From assembly GCA_004431415.1 (NCBI GenBank), contig QPMI01000219.1:1-64000 (forward strand): 64,000 bases of DNA. The letters run 5' to 3'. This document shows, piece after piece, positions 47,959 to 60,430 of the stretch. Both the position numbers and the translations under genes were made by a program. Each line of letters starts with the position of its first letter. Position 1 is the stretch's first letter. The DNA is from Cyanophora paradoxa CCMP329 (Eukaryota > Plantae > Glaucophyta). The notes below the pieces were generated by a model. It was not told the origin of the DNA. It saw nothing but the letters and a program-made list of their open reading frames with translations, and searched no databases.

Positions 47959-48916
47959 TAACTACCTCGCCTTCATCGCGCGCTTGAAGGATAGTGCTCA
48001 GGAATTGGGTCAAGTGCGTTTTCGTGCGCTTGCGCGGAGCAGGGTCGAGGCAGACTTGGATCGCCGCGCTGAGAATACTGTCCGGGCAGGTTGCTGACGA
48101 AATCATACGGGAACGCTTGCACGCGGGACCGGGGAAAATGACAAGAATGCGGTGGTCAAGCTGAAGATGGAGCGCATCGGATTGCGCTAGGAGCGAGTAA
48201 GTGGCAAGGCGACGCTGGAACCACTGGGTTGCAAGTGCAAAGTCGAGGCGCGAGTTTACAGTTTTAAGGCTAACAATACGCGAATAAGTTGGGGCAAAAG
48301 CTGAAGCAGTCCCGCCGGCAGGAGGCGGCGGAGCATGGTTTGCAAGATCATCAAGCTGGTGTGAAGTCATCGTTGTGTGAAGGTACGAGCGCTGCAGGGA
48401 ATTAGGCGTTGGGGTGCGGTGATTCCAGTCTCCGATAAGAAGCATAGGCAAAGTGGCGGAGAGATACCCAGCCTGCACACAAGATTGCCACCACTCACGG
48501 CGGTCCCTGTTGTTACTAGCGGGGGCATAAACGCAAGCCAAGAGTACAGTCGTAGCAGGGAAGGAACCCGAAGCCTTGTACGCAATAGAGACCGAAATAA
48601 AACGTCCATCAGAGTCCTGACGAGCAAGTGTAACCTCGTGCTGTGCAGTGAAGAAGGGCGTGACCATTATGGCAACACCAGTGGAGCGGGATTGAGTAGG
48701 AGCAGAGTGGAAGAACGGGCCTCGCCAGGCAGCTGCAATCTTTTCAAGTTTTCCCAAAGGGTGACCAGCGTCATCAAATTCCTGCAGCTTAGTTTCCTGT
48801 AAGCAGAGGATGTCTATCTTGTAAGCAACGGCAAACTTCCTGCAACGTTCCACAAAGCTCTGCAGCTTGCTAGGGCTGTTAAGCCCGCCCACATTTAATG
48901 ATGCAATGTTAACCAT
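47959..48916 (-). pseudogene. LINE ORF2 N-terminal apurinic-like endonuclease, broken at 47959
   Basis: IASLNVGGL, DILCLQET, GVAI, DSDGRFI, VYAP, IGDWN, SRLDF, LDHR. Confidence 0.92.
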
Positions 48917-48918
48917 AT

Positions 48919-51131
48919 TTAATCAGGCCACGGGGGTGCACGCAGAGGCCGCGTCTGGTGTGGGGGGCGGGGTGCAGGAAGCATTCTGCCATCAATGAAA
49001 GTGCTCACAAGGCAATGCAAAAGGCAATGATGGGTGGGCTCAGCAAGTACTCGTTTGTAAGGCCAGAAAGACACTGGAGCAAGATAAGAAGGGAGCAAGG
49101 GACTCCTGTGTCTGCTCAAAATTCTGCTTAGTGAGGGCTTCATAGTAGTTGCGTTGTTCAAGGCCAGCGGTTGGGTTCTCAGGGGCTGAAGCCTTCCCAG
49201 CTTTACCGCCAGTGCTTTTACTGAGAGGGTACTAGGTGAGTCTTGAGAGTGAACCACAAGGAAGGAAACAAACCGAGAGGCTGCGGGAGTGGGCAGATGG
49301 ACTTGCAGAGCACGTGGAATCATAGAGCTTGCAGCAATGACTTGCGTCTTTTGCGAGGGAGCCGCAGGCAGAGGGGCGTCAGGCAGATCAGAAGAGGTTG
49401 GCTCAATATCAGATTCCCGAGAGCGCTTGGAGACATCACGAGGAACAGTGGGTGGGGCCGGTAGGCCAGCGCGGGACGAAAAGAAATAGGAGATCTCATC
49501 ACAACCATTGTAATATGTGAGGACTTCCTCTTGGAGGGCCATAGGCAGGTGATAAATGATGGACTCGCCATTTACATGATAGAAGAAGGTCTGCTTGTCT
49601 TTGGACGGGATAAGGCAAAACGACTTGCGGTAATAGGCACAGCCAGTGCCACACGAGTAGAACGGAGTGTAGTTGCACGTGTCCACAACGGCTTCAGGCA
49701 CAGGAACAGAGGGCTTCAATTCATGAATCAGAGCTTGAGAGATGTTGTACGGGATGGAAGGGTATTCCGCATCCAGGAAGTTCAGATTGAAGGCCAGCAG
49801 GCGATCTTCAAGAGGGACGATGACAGACTTGAGACCATTATTGCCAAAGGGGTAGGCAGGGCCATGCAAGACTAAGTGGCAGACCAGAAAATTGGAGAGG
49901 GGGACAGAGACAATCAACATGATCGGGCTGACAGGACGGTTTTCGACAAGGGGGTCTTGAGAGTCATTGCAGCGTGCACGCGGCGGGAAGGGCTTCACCA
50001 CAGGCTGATATTTACCGGTAAAGTTGTAATCGTTATTTGGAGCCAGCACTCTGTCATACATCACAGGTTTGTGGATAACCGTGAAGCCTTCATGTTTGTG
50101 AGCAACGACAGCACAGAGAACAGTCGGAGCCGGATCTGAGACAGGAAGAAATGCAACATGGTCTCCCAGTTTAGTTTCAGGTTTGGTCTCACGGAGTTTA
50201 AGATGGTCATAGAGCGTAGAGAGGCGAAGAAGAAGAAGAGTATGTATAAGAGCGTAGAGAGGCGAGCGTTTGTGGGGGAGTCACTCAAAATCAGGACACC
50301 CGCGTCACGAGTAAAGACATCTTGCACAGTAACAAGAATATTTTGAATGAAGCTGTCAGTTTCCATAGTGGCCGCTTCAAAGAAAGGGTGATCAGGCTTA
50401 GCCGAAGGTGGGAGGCTGATTGACAGTTCGACGAGGACACGAGGATGTAAGGTTTGGATGTAAGGTTGAGATCGAGGGCTGGAACCGAGGACGGGAGTCC
50501 AGCAGCAGAGGTGGTCTGCACAAAGTCAGTCACAGTCTGGTGATGACGAAACAGTTTGTGTTGAATCCCGTGGGGATAGGCGCTGGTCACCCTGCTGGGG
50601 AAGAGCTCGATAGTCCAGTCCAGGGAGCCGTAGAAGGTCATGTAGGACTGGAGATCACCATGGCGTGGAGAGTGGAATCAACTGTCACATCGAGGGAGTT
50701 CTTGTCAGGGTTCGGTCTGGGATCAAGGGAGATTCCAGGAGTAATGTCTCCCGTCGTAGGATCACGGTGCTGAAATGGGGGCGACTGCATGTGCTTGAGA
50801 GGTCCCGAGTGCGAGACATCAACTCCTTCACTCGAAAAGAGCCTTGAACCTTGCTTACGTCATTAGGCTCAGTTACTCTTGCCCTGGCAGGGTCCAACGG
50901 AAACCGCAGGCGAAGTTGAGTAGGTACTCCAGCGACATGAAGAAGCTCCTGGTTGCAGAGGTACTTTTCCGCGGCGGGCGCGGACGCCACGTCATAGCAC
51001 CCAAAGCGAGCATTGCGCGTCGGCTTATGGAAGAAGGAGAGGAAATGGTTCTTCTCAGTCTTTACATGCCCACCCGGGCCAGGTGTAGACGACGCGCCGT
51101 GCTGGCATTGGTCCCACTCTTCGTCAGACAT
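48919..51131 (-). pseudogene. Probable LINE ORF1, frameshifted
   Basis: Run of ORF pieces directly upstream of ORF2; no motif recognised. Confidence 0.5.
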
Positions 51132-51559
51132 AACGTACAAAACTGCACAGGTACAGCAGCGATCAAGGGCGCGCAGGGACGCGAGCGGAAAACACGCCAT
51201 GCTAGGTGTATTGACACATAGATAGGGAGCCGCTGCAGGGATAGGTGTCCGAGGGACAGGTGCAGGTGCCAGACGGCAGGAGAGTCTCAAAACGAAGCAC
51301 ACAACGAGGATAAGTGCGCACCGCGCTCTGCGCTGCTGCTGGACGAGGCTTTCAGTAACCATTTGAAGCATGATCTCTGTCTTGAGTGCGATGAGCAAGC
51401 GAGGGACGTGCTGCCCAAGAAGGGAGAGCACATCCTCAAATTCGGCAGCAGCTAGTGGGCTACGCTGACAGTGAGACGATAACTCTACCGGCGTAGCAGC
51501 CATCCGGCGGCCGGGCAAAGACAGAGCAGTTGGGCGTGCATGCTACTGCATCCTTAGGG

Positions 51560-54107
51560 TGCCATATGATTTTGGTTCACACACATGGGATCACCGAACG
51601 AGGACTTGGCCGACAAATTCATTGCTTGGCTGGACGAAATGGAGCTGCCGTTCAGGCAGATTTTGCGCGAGACGGCTCCGATGCAGATCACACCCGAGTC
51701 CGAGGCGGCCCTCCAGGGCTCGACAGCCTGCTATATGTGTGGGGGTGCATTCGAATCGGATAAGGACAAGGTGCGCGACCACGACTATGACTCTGGTCTG
51801 TTCCGGGACGGCATGCCAAGCCTGCAACAGGAGACCTGCCGAGCCACCGTGCTGATATTCTTCCACAACAGTCGTGGATTCGATTTCCATCTGCTAGTCC
51901 GGGCACTGGCAGCAGGGCACAACAGGCGCCGCACCATCTGGGAAGCGTTTGAAGCGGATGTTGATCGGCAGCTGGAGCAGAGGTGCCCCGCGATCATCGA
52001 GTCACTAACGTCTGGCAGGTCGAGGGCCGCAACAATGTCGCACCGGCAGCTCACCCAGGCTGAGTATAACGTGCAGCTCCCTAAAATCATTTCGGAGTGT
52101 TTGAAGGCGGAGGGGAAGAGGCTCAAAGACAGGCTGCATCCGCAGGGCATGCTATCGATAAAATTTGATCATGTATTTCAGAACAGCGAGCGCATCTCCC
52201 AAATTACGTATGGAATTTACGTGTTTCGTGATTCAGCCCAGCACCTTCAGAGCAGCCTCGACTGCCTGGCCACTGAGGTGCCCGACGAGAAGAAGAGGAT
52301 CACGCCCAAGCTGCACGAGGACGATCCATGCTTTGGGCTAATGACGAGAAAAGGCGTGTACCCATACCAGTACATCACGGGCTGGGATCGTCTTGCAGAG
52401 ACATTGCTGCTGGGGCGTTGGCAGTTCTACAACGAGCTGAAGCAGGCAAAATGCACTTGAGAGGACTACGAGCATGCAAAGTTGGTTTGGCGTGCTCTCG
52501 GTTGCTGGAGCTTGGCCGATTACACGATGGAGTACATGTGAACGGACATCTGCCTTCTGGCCGACGTGTTTGAGAACTACCGAGATACCTGCCTGGTGAT
52601 GTACCAGCTTGATCCGAGCTACTTCATGAGCATCCCGGGTTTTTCCTGGCAGGCCGCGCTGAAATATACGGGGCAGCACCTTGAGCTCTTCCACGAGGGG
52701 CAGCAGGACATGCACCGTTTCATCGAGCGAGGCATTCGCGGAGGGATCTCCATGATCACAACCCGGCACGCAGCAGCAAACAACCGGCAAATGGAGGCGA
52801 TTGATCTGTCGAAGCCTGAAACATGGCTTATGTACCATGATGCGAACAACCTGTACGGGGTTGCGATGAAGCAGAAGCTACCGACAGGAGGGTTTCGCTG
52901 GGAGAAGCGGGAGGAGGGAACCGATCCCGCTCAGTACATAAGTGATCTAGAGGCGAATGGGTCGAGAGGGTTTGCTTTGGAGGTTGACATGCATTGCCCC
53001 CGGGAGCTGCACGGTTATTTCAGCGACTATCCGCTTGCTTCCGAGCGCATGTGTGTGTCAAAGGAGCACCTGTCGTCGGCGCAGAGGGCTATGATCGAGG
53101 CAGAAAAGCTGGGCAGTGTCGAGAGAACACCGAAACTTGTTCCGAACCTGCTTCCGAAGAGGGAATACGTTGTAGAAGCACGGGTTGCTGCAGTTTTACG
53201 TGTCGATGGGCATGGTCGTTACAAAAATTCACCGAGTGCTCTCATTTGAGCAGAGTGCATGGCTCTCTCGTTACATCGATTTGAACACCCGGAAGCGAAA
53301 GGAGGCACGGTTTCCGTTTGAAAAAGACCTTTACAAATTGCTCAACAATGCGGTCTTCGGCAAGACGATGGAGAACATGCGAAAGCATTGCAATTCCGAA
53401 CTCATCACATCAGGAGAGCATCTGGCCCAGATCAACACCGAGCCAAACCGCCTGAGACAGGTATCAGTTTTCGGTGATAACCTGGTTTATGTTTCGAAGC
53501 GGAAGAGCGAATACGTACTCAACAAGCCGATCTACTGTGGGTTTGCATTTCTGGACCTGCCGCTGCACTGTACCGCTTCTACTACGAGGTTCTGAAGCCG
53601 CTGTGGGGCCAGCGGCTCAAGCTCCTCGGGACCGACACAGACAGCCTCATCATGCAGATCCAGACTGGAAACGTGTACGCAGATATGCGGACGATTGCGG
53701 GCAAGCTAGACGTAAGCGAGTACCCTACGAATCACCCGTTCTTCAAGGGGATGCCAGCAGCTGAAGTGCAGCGGCTACGATCGATGGGCAAGGTTCCTGG
53801 GCTGTTCAAGAACGAGTGTGGCGGCAGGCAAATGCTGGAGTGGCTGGCAAACCGACCGAAATTGTACTATATGAGCACCGAGGAATCAGAAGTGCACAAG
53901 TGCAAGGGCGTTAACAAGACGTTCAGCAAAGCACTGACACGCGAGCGATACTTCGAGTGCATCTTTGGGGGCAAGGCGTGCAGTGTTGACGGAATCCTCG
54001 GCTTCCGATCGAAGCAGCATCAGATCCGGCTACAGCGTTCGTCGAAGCAGGCGCTGCACCCGCTGGACACCAAGCGTTTCCTCTGTGAGAACAGAGTGGA
54101 CACCTGA
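51560..54107 (+). pseudogene. Protein-primed family B DNA polymerase (Polinton/adintovirus type) with endonuclease VII-like zinc motif; stops and frameshifts
   Basis: CYMC...KVRDHD, FHNSRGFD, FRDS, RKGVYPY, LLADVFE, RGIRGGIS, DANNLYG, KLLNNAVFGK, DTDSL, PGLFKNE, KCKGV, DTKR. Confidence 0.92.
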
Positions 54108-54169
54108 GCCATCGGCCACTGGTGCAATAGGGCTGCTTCTGTAGCATAAAAAAATCTTGCGTCTCAGTA

Positions 54170-54825
54170 ATGGCTCTTTGTTTCCAGGTCACGGCACCAC
54201 CGGGGGGCTGGCAGGTCGACGTGCTATTCATAGGGCGGTATCGCTTGTTCGCAGCGATCGAAACTGCAACCAGGTTCGCTGTGGTACGTAAGCTGGAAGA
54301 CGCGAAGCAGATCCCCGGATTCATCGCCAAGCTTCCGGGGATCTGGGGCTTTTCGGGGGACAACGGGTTTAATACGGCAGCAGTGCGGGCAATGGCTGAA
54401 GTGAATGCACTGTCGATGCACACGGACGTGGCCAAGGACGACCATATATCGAAGGGCGACAAGCTAGCAATCATCGATCGATTCGCCCGGACATTGCGGG
54501 CCCTTATCCAGGCTGACACACAAGCAAGGGGCTCTCCTCATTTCCTATCGCGGCTGCCCCAGATTGTGAGGGCATACAATCAAACAGAGCACAGCTCTTT
54601 CAGCGGGGAGTACTCGCCAGCGGATGAGAGATCACCCCCAGGTGGCTGTGCAGCTGCATCTGGTGTGGCAACGGCAGAACGATATCGAGCGAGAGGCATT
54701 GCGTCTACCAGCACCAGGGGCGAAGGTGCAGATTCTGGAGCCAAAGAGCAGCGTTTTCGCAAAAGGGACTACGCAACCGAGCAAGGAGACGTACACAGTG
54801 GTGGGGCGGGACCGGAACCCGCTCA
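54170..54825 (+). pseudogene. Polinton-type retroviral-like integrase, frameshifted near 54625 and truncated
   Basis: WQVD...SGDNG...IIDRFARTLR...YNQTEHSS...P, then FAKG...SKETYTV. Confidence 0.8.
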
Positions 54826-55128
54826 GGTCTTCCTAAGGCTCGCGCCTTGTGCATTTTCCCGCAGAGAGATTTGGGGTGCATCTTTCCTCTTTTTTCTGGC
54901 AGATCGGAAACCTGGGGCCTTCGACTGAGTGACTTGCTGGTTTGTGGGGCATCTGCCTAAAACTAGGGCCTTGTGCATATTCCCCAGAGAGATTAAGGGG
55001 GCATCTTTCTTCTATTTTGTGGCAGATTGGAAAGAGAGAGAGAAATGCAGTAGACACATCCACGCCAGCAAGACTGGGTATGACAAAGTGGCAGATTGGA
55101 AACCTGGGGCCTTCGACTGAGTGACTTC
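54826..55128 (-). repeat. Degenerate satellite monomers with a 54-bp insertion
   Basis: Diverged monomers; insert at 55034-55087. Confidence 0.85.
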
Positions 55129-55327
55129 CTGGGGGCGGTGGGGGGGGGGCACGACCCCACATCAGAGACTAGAAAAGAAACACTCCTCCTGTCACATCAA
55201 AGCAATCCAAGTGCTCTTGAGACTCCCAGCCTACCCCTGCATACTGTTTTGTGTGGGTGGGGACCCCTGTAAGATTTGAGGGCGCGGTGGGGGTCCTTGT
55301 GTGTGGTAGTCAGTTGGGGGCTTGTAC

Positions 55328-57460
55328 TGGCTTCTGGAATAAATACAAGAGACTCTTGCAAATGACCGGTAAACATGTTCTCCCAAGTGTTCTTTGATCA
55401 TTTCTGGCTGCAACCCGTCATTGTTTCCACCAAAAGCGATAAGATGACAAGCCTGGTGTGGTACAAGTTCACCCTGACCTTGGTAAATCGTTTGAGGTTC
55501 AGTTCGTTGGTGCGTCTGGTCGAAACGCGCCTAAGCCTGGTATGGTGCAAGTTCACCCTGTTGGTCGGCTACGCCCATGGCGGTCTACTGATTCTCTAGT
55601 TGACTCTGATACATGATCCCTCTACGCCCTCGTCTCGTTCCTAGTTGGCCAGCGAGGACGTCTGGTCGAAACGCGCCTAAGTCTGGTATGGTGCAAGTTC
55701 ACCCTGTTAGTCGGCTACGCCCATGGCGATCTCCTGCTTCGATACATGAGCCCTCTACGCTCTCGTCTCGTTCCTACTTGGCCAGCGAGGACGTGGCCTC
55801 CTCTACTACCGAGCGGATGATGTGGAGTGTAGCTGGTTCGGGTTCTGTGTTGTAGTTTGCCCCCTACATTGCCCCTCTTTCTCTTTCGGCATAACAAATT
55901 TGAATCCCTTTTCTGTTCCCCTGTACCCCAGTCTTGGTGTGTCCAATAATAAAGCGTCCACAAAGCTTATCAATTGGGCATAAATCATGGAGACCAAGTT
56001 GGAGCAAAATGGAAAAATCCGCCAAGGCCGGTTGATACCTTCCCATGATGTTGCACAAGAGATTGTGTGGCAGCAAACAATGGAATCTGCAGCACATTGA
56101 TGACTTCATATTGAAAACCAACAGCACATAAGTACCTGATTCTGATAACAAAACAGGCGAAGAAGATGGTCATATGCAATTTCTGAGCTGCAAGAAGGTT
56201 AGTTCTTGAGGTAACATTATCAACTTCCACACACCTGCTCTTTTGGGTTGCTCTCGACTCGAAAAATTCGGAGAAGTTCTGAGCAACTGCAGAACCAAAA
56301 TACACCGCTTGTGTTCCATAAAATCTGCAGAGATTTGATGGTGCTAAATTTGCGTTTACAAAAATATGCTACGTGTTCGAAAAATCGTAATCTGGAAATG
56401 CATGAGGTTCTGAAGATCATTATGTGCAGCGAATCTGCATTGGAAAATACTCACAGTTTACATGACCTCGCCCAACAGGTTTCCAAGAGACGTGCCTGGG
56501 TTCATCAGTGATAAAAGTCGAAGAAAAAGCATAGGGATGGTAAACAGCCTGTTGAAGTTTGAAATTGAAGAACGGCATCTACAATGAACAAGCTCACCAA
56601 CACAAAGCGCCCGTGAAGCTGGTGCACCTCTTCTATTTCAAACAAAATGGAATTTAATGTTTCCAGCCAAGATGTCTGGAAAATAATATCATCTTCAAGA
56701 ACAAGAATTCCTTGAGATCTCTGCCTTGGCACTTGAAGACACTGAGCATATGTATATATAGATCGACGAATTATATCAGAAGAAAAGCTATTGTTGACCA
56801 ATAGAATAGAGAGCTTCCGATTATTGATGTAGGGATCCAAGTTATTGCACGATGTTGTTCCAACCACTGCAAAGATTTCATAGTTGTGCGAGGATGCATC
56901 AGCCATGAACATGCTTGCAAGTGTTGTATGAATGTATTCTTGTTTTCGAGGATATGTCCTGGCGTACGGTTGACGCTTTCCACCGGAATATTTATGAAGC
57001 ATTGATACTCACATGATGCTGATCACAAATCTAGATGCATTAGAAGAAATCGATCGATAAGGAGTTCCTTCTTCCACACAATTTCTAAACTGATCTAGCC
57101 GAATTGAAATGGGGTTCCACTCTGGAATGAAATGACGCAAAGTTACATTTCTAAGTTTCTGTTTTCTTCTGGTCAAGACCCCTGTGTACAAAACTCTGAG
57201 AACCTTTCCTATACCTGTGCCGCGTGAGCAAGAGGACCAGCGCTGTGTATAAAAAATCCCTGATCAAGGCTTACCGGGAGAAGGATCACCGAAAATGGAA
57301 GTCAGCGTTGTGAAATCAAACTTGGAGCTCCCATTCAAGAGATTGACGAGGGCGTCGGTTACATCTACTCTGTTCATGGAAAACATGTCTTCGAGGTGAA
57401 ATCTGCGACGTGTGAGAGCATCTGCGTCTTGTACACCATACACATGCACTTACGGATGCC
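55328..57460 (+). repeat. Segmental duplication copy 1 (= 60244-62504): Gypsy B 3' end, LTR 55818-55972, GT gene
   Basis: Near-identical; differs by one 146-bp unit and an 18-bp indel. Confidence 0.95.
55985..57460 (-). pseudogene. 5'-truncated copy (exons 2-9) of the spliced glycosyltransferase gene
   Basis: Same as 61029-62504 (offset 5044); lacks almost all of exon 1. Confidence 0.8.
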
Positions 57461-58616
57461 AGACAAAACAATTGGAGCCAGCAATATGTATATTAGAAAG
57501 GAGTCTGTGGCCACCCAGCCCTGGACCAACAGCAAATTCTTACCCCTCACTGGTGGGACGATAACGAGCAATTTGAGGGTAGATGGAAATCTCAGAGTGT
57601 CAAGCAACATTGAATTAGGAACTCATGGGATGGTTTTAGATGTGACTTATGACACACCCTATTATCCTATTACATCCAACACTGACCCCGCATTTACAAT
57701 TCCGAATTATGTTTTGGCTGCCAAACCATCTAACTATGCCCATTTACAGAATGAGTCTCACACTACTATAAAAAACCGTGCAACATCGGCTGTCCCATTC
57801 ATCCCAAGTTTTGCTCCTGGTGTGTGGACTACTGCTTCATATTATAAAATCAATCCTTTAATTAATAATCAACTTACTTTCAAAGCACCAGATAACCCTA
57901 ATGTTGCTATTGAATTAGTAACAAATAGAGTAAATACTATTGATTGACATTGATAACAGTAATAGAGTAGAGTAAAAAATAGAGTGCTGGAATGACATTT
58001 TGCTTTGTAGGTACACAAAGGCAAATATTACAGATTTCGCCCATACTCACACTAAATCAGAAATCACAGATTTGCCTTCTTTTGATCCACTCAGAGCCAA
58101 GACAATCACAGCCAATATACAATGTGTGTAGGATCGGGTTCAATAGTAACCCCTGCATCACCTACAAATGAGGAAACTTGGTTCTTCCACAATTCAGCAA
58201 ACTTTTATGATAAAACCCTGCTCTGTCGCGGAAATGCTTATGCAAGAGCATTTTATGCAATGAATGGGGGAACCACTCATACAATTAGCCAATTACCAAC
58301 TTGGTATGATATAGAAAGACGTTTCAAATCCGGAAAATATCAAGCTACAAGTGGTGTGATAAGCGCAGGTCAGAGAACACAGCATGCACACGTTTTATAT
58401 TGGGACCCACTTTTTTACACTCAGACAACTGTTGTAAATGCCACTCTTCAAGGAACTCCTGCAACAAACCCAGGGGATGTAGATTCTAGAATTGGAATAT
58501 CAAACTCCACAGCTAACTACACAACAATTTATACTACCTTCATTCCATCCCCTACTCTATCTGAAAGTCGTAGTATCACATCCACTATCCATTGGACCGC
58601 ATATGGAATTCCGTGA
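57461..58616 (+). pseudogene. Virus/phage tail-fibre-like protein, disrupted
   Basis: VATQPWTNSKFLPLTGGTITSNL; ITDFAHTHTKSEITD; C-terminal IHWTAYG. Confidence 0.6.
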
Positions 58617-58716
58617 TGAAGCTTTATTTTTCTAACCTTCTAAGTAAAAGAGGCAATGGGTAAAACTATTTTCTCTGGATAGTATAGAATGGCATATAAC
58701 TAACTATCTCAGCAGT

Positions 58717-59070
58717 GTGTGGGCATATAGGAACCGAATTAAATCGCAAGAATTTGTCCTTGCGAAAAAGCTATGCGATTGCAGAAATGCAGATATAAAA
58801 CAAGGTCGAGAAATACGTGAGAACCAATGCTGCATCTCCCGAGAATTTATAAAGGATATGATAGCAAGCACAGGGGGCAAGTGCAGCCTCTGTGGGGTTC
58901 AGCTGGAACTGGCTGGATACGAAAAAGCGAGCGACAGGCAAATAACGACAGACAGACTTGATGATAATTTGGCACACGTTGTAGATAATTGTCAAATAGC
59001 TTGCTGGGGTTGCAATCTGGCGAAGCCTAAACTAAAGAGAGTGCGTGTTCAGTTTTTGGCTTTATTGTAG
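58717..59070 (+). CDS. HNH / His-Me finger endonuclease-like zinc protein (no in-frame ATG, possibly pseudogene)
   Basis: CSLC...TTDRLDDNLAHVVDNCQIACWGCNLAK. Confidence 0.7.
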   Translation: MWAYRNRIKSQEFVLAKKLCDCRNADIKQGREIRENQCCISREFIKDMIASTGGKCSLCGVQLELAGYEKASDRQITTDRLDDNLAHVVDNCQIACWGCNLAKPKLKRVRVQFLALL

Positions 59071-59510
59071 TCATATGCTGCCTTCATTTTGCGCACCAAG
59101 GGACCGTATCCTGTAAGGTGCCAGAATAAAAGACCACTGAACGCATTGAAATGAAAGGTTGACAGGGACTGCAGGGTAATTATAACTACCATTGCCATAG
59201 CTATTTCAAAGCAGGCGGGCTCAATTTCCTCAATATCTGACTTTAAAGCATGTGTAGCAAGCACGTCCATAATTTTGCATTTTGTTTTCCATGAGAGGTC
59301 ACGCACAAACCTGAAATCCTGAATTCCATGTTTCCGGTACCCGAAGATATCCCATAAGCAGTGTTCAGGCTTCGTTTTACGGCTCCTTAGCAGACTGTAT
59401 ATGTTTGTCTCGTGAACCCTCACCCAGTACTTCTTAATATCCTCTGGTGTCCACTTTTTGCCTGCTCTGGTGGTCACCCTGTCAGTGAATGCTTCCTGCT
59501 GCAGTTGCAC
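59049..59510 (-). CDS. Hypothetical protein, probably part of the viral block
   Basis: 153-aa ORF convergent with the HNH-like gene; no motif. Confidence 0.35.
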   Translation of the reverse strand: MQLQQEAFTDRVTTRAGKKWTPEDIKKYWVRVHETNIYSLLRSRKTKPEHCLWDIFGYRKHGIQDFRFVRDLSWKTKCKIMDVLATHALKSDIEEIEPACFEIAMAMVVIITLQSLSTFHFNAFSGLLFWHLTGYGPLVRKMKAAYDYNKAKN

Positions 59511-59536
59511 ACATACAGATTTATTTTGATTCCAGT

Positions 59537-59767
59537 TTAGTCGTCATCCTCCTCACTGTCTTCATCGCTGTCTTCGTCGCTGTCACTCTCTACCTCACGA
59601 AACCTGTTTTCTTCCTCATAGTCATAGGCATTTGCCAGAATGGCCATGATGCCCGTATAATCCTCTTCCAAATCCCAGAAGCCCATGTCAATTGCAATAT
59701 CATGCAAATCAGCCCGGTAACCTGTGGCAATTTCGTCCTGCCCTGCCCAGTCCATGATTGTTTCCAT
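59537..59767 (-). CDS. Small acidic hypothetical protein
   Basis: 76-aa ORF with a D/E/S-rich tail. Confidence 0.35.
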   Translation of the reverse strand: METIMDWAGQDEIATGYRADLHDIAIDMGFWDLEEDYTGIMAILANAYDYEEENRFREVESDSDEDSDEDSEEDDD

Positions 59768-59798
59768 GACTTTGCATTTGATATCAGAGGAGAGGTGC

Positions 59799-60244
59799 TC
59801 CCCCAGAGAGATTTGGGGTGCATCTTTCTTTTATTTTTTGGCAGATTGGAAACCTGGGGCCTTTGACTGAGTGATTTGCTTTTAGGTGGGTCATGTTCCT
59901 AAGGCTAGCGCCTTGTGCATATTCCCCAAGAGAGATTTGGAGTGCATCTGTCTTCGATTTTGTGGCTGATTGGAAACCTGGGGCCTTCGACTGAGTGACT
60001 TCCTGGTGAGTGGGGCATCTGCCTTAGGCTAGCGCCTTGTACATATTACCCCAGAGAGATTTCGGGTGCATCTTTGTTCTATTTTCTGGCAGATTGGAAA
60101 CCTGGGACCTTTGACTGAGTGATTTGCTGGTGGGTACGTCATCTGCCTAAGGCTAGCACCTTGTGCATATTCCCCCAGGAAGATTTGGGGTGCATCTTTC
60201 TTCGATTTTGTGGCTGATTGGAAACCTGGGGCCTTTGACTGAGT
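59799..60244 (-). repeat. Diverged 124-bp satellite (~3.5 monomers)
   Basis: Monomers with more substitutions than the large blocks. Confidence 0.9.
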
Positions 60245-60430
60245 GGCTTCTGGAATAAATACAAGAGACTCTTGCAAATGACCGGTAAACATGTTCTCCC
60301 AAGTGTTCTTTGATCATTTCTGGCCGCAACCCGTCATTGTTTCCACCAAAAGCGATAAGATGACAAGCCTGGTGTGGTACAAGTTCACCCTGACCTTGGT
60401 AAATCGTTTGAGGTTCAGTTCGTTGGTGCG

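Larger units (their letters stand above)
47959..51529 (-). mobile_element. Non-LTR retrotransposon (L1/Tx1-like), 5' part
   Basis: Disrupted ORF1-like region ending 2 nt before an APE-endonuclease ORF2; 5' boundary approximate. Confidence 0.8.

Noticed and set aside
5439-47961. Common recombinase recognition site at the balanced breakpoints
   Set aside because: Microhomologies differ (CTG, TTA, AG, T), no shared flanking motif is visible, and no recombinase gene was recognised.
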